Assembly: GCA_013239625.1 (NCBI GenBank)
Contig: MU054925.1
Location: 34,327,538-34,391,537 of the forward strand
Direction of reading: 5' to 3'
Source: Lama guanicoe
Taxonomy: Eukaryota
Length of the DNA: 64,000 nt
The translations under genes and the position numbers were made by a program. Shown here piece by piece: positions 62,641 through 64,000 of the stretch; the stretch's first letter is position 1; each line of letters starts with the position of its first letter. The notes below the pieces were generated by a model, which worked only from the letters and a program-made list of their open reading frames with translations, ran no database searches and was not told where the DNA came from.

Positions 62641-63734
62641 CACAGCAGTGGTCCAGCAAGACCGGGGGTGCCCTGGGCCAGCAGGAAGAACCACGTGGCC
62701 TCCAGGAGAACCACTGCAGGGGAGTAACAGGACTGACGCCAGACTATGAAACTCCACGCCGGAGCAGGGACGGGAGAGTCAAGCCCCGGGAAGAAGGGCC
62801 CGGGAAGACAACAGACGTGGGAGGGCCGGCGGGGCTGGGCTGGAGGACAGGCGGTCTACCGAGCTGACCTGCTGAGACAGCGGCGCAGGGGCAGATCTAA
62901 GGAGAGACTCGCCACTTATTCACTGAAGACCAATCAAAAGGAAGGGAGCTTGAATGGTGTCAGTGATGCTGTCAGACGGAAGGATGGACCTGCAGTTAGA
63001 ACACATCAGTCCAGGACCCGAGGGAGGGTCGTGGGGCAGGGGCCTCCAGGGGGCAGCGTGCCGGCCTGCCCGCCCTCCTGCAAGGATGGCACACGCCTCC
63101 CTGCTCAAACACAAGCTTGAGCGGTGGCCTGGGAATTAAAGCCAATCTCTAAAAATGAACAGGCTTGATCCACATCCATCCCGTGAGGTCCTGTCCCACA
63201 GATGGCGTGTTCCTGACTCCCTTCCCTGTCAGAAGAAAGCCACCGCCCCGCGCTGTGCCCACCTCCAGGCTGGACACATGACCCACAGGACCGTGGACTG
63301 GGCTTTGATTTGCTCTGAGAAACGGGCTGTGGTGCTGTGCCGCGGTCATCTGTGATGCTGTGCACGTAATTAAGCATACAGACCAGCGGCGGGAGGGGGC
63401 CGACGTGGTCAACGGAGTCACACAGGCGCTAAAAATAGCAGCCGGCTGCAGGCTGGAGGGGGCGCCCGGGGCACCGCTGACAGGAGGGTCTGCCGATTCG
63501 CCAAGGGTCTCTTCCATTTAGCCAGGCCTTTTAATCAAGATTTTAAGGCTCCCTGTGGGCATGGAGCAGCAGCTGGTGGGCAGATGACAAACCGAAGGTT
63601 ACAACGGGGCCACAGAGGGCTTGCGGAAGAGTCCCCAGTCCTGAATCCCAGCTCAAAAACTCACCAACGACCCGCATTCCGCAGGGAGACCTGAGGACAG
63701 GTATTTAAACCAGAGTTTGGAACCTGGTGGGCCT

Positions 63735-63875
63735 CGGACCACATGCAGCCTTTAATTTGTTTTGTTTACACCACACAGTTTCTTCTTTCTCCTTCAACTC
63801 CTTCCTCTTCTTTTTTTAAGTGTGAAGAGTTCTGACATCTAAAAATCCCCATAAACCGGTATCTCCAGCTCGGCA
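63735..63875. mobile_element. Probable hAT DNA transposon remnant
   Basis: ccacatgcagcc...ttgttttgtttacaccacacagt...ttctgacatctaaaaatccc...gtatctccagct. Confidence 0.35.
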
Positions 63876-64000
63876 CCGGCAGAAGGGGTGTGAGCAAGGG
63901 TGCCTCGTGCCTACCACGCCCCGGGGACCCCGTCGCCCATTCTCACTTGCTCCTGCAGCCTGCTTGGCCACGTCCGAGCTAAACCTTTCGTAAAACTGGC

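Larger units (their letters stand above)
23380..64000 (-). other. CHCHD6: CHCHD6 intron upstream of the exon (partial, >40 kb)
   Basis: Ends at the AG acceptor (23381-23380). No upstream CHCHD6 exon was recognised and the region is repeat-rich. Confidence 0.75.

Noticed and set aside
127-63517. Hundreds of 60-290 aa ORFs in the six-frame track (e.g. 36327-37208, 29877-30716, 6258-7019, 40926-41678)
   Set aside because: Low-complexity P/G/R/A/S-rich translations overlapping on both strands with no recognisable domains. This is expected from stop-codon scarcity in GC-rich intron DNA, and many start at non-ATG codons.

Overview
Mammalian, very GC- and CpG-rich intronic DNA. It is almost certainly from a camelid: it carries a Vic-1-type tRNA-derived SINE at ~57.6 kb and a young cetartiodactyl-type L1 3' end at ~56.5 kb. 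The only protein-coding sequence I can support is one 84-nt exon on the minus strand (23296-23379, AKELESREAELRRRDAFYKEQLGRLEKQ). I recognise it as an internal exon (human exon 5 equivalent) of CHCHD6/MIC25, a MICOS complex subunit. Everything else lies in its two very large flanking introns. These hold many ancient, decayed repeats (L1M-type LINEs, MLT1 LTRs, MER20, MER104-like, MIR, L2), including a near-full-length old L1 at ~55.8-62.0 kb with four nested insertions. There is also a 33/34-bp GC-rich minisatellite, several short tandem repeats and a 130-N assembly gap. The several hundred ORFs in the ORF track are GC-rich noise or L1 debris. I did not find a convincing new biological system. 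The most interesting signals are (1) strong AT-to-GC erosion of old and lineage-specific repeats, and possibly of the exon itself (GC-biased gene conversion-like); (2) the minisatellite born inside an L1; (3) a palindromic filler at an L1 RT deletion junction; and (4) a few candidate enhancers and cryptic exons. Repeat family names and boundaries come from recalled consensus sequences and are approximate.
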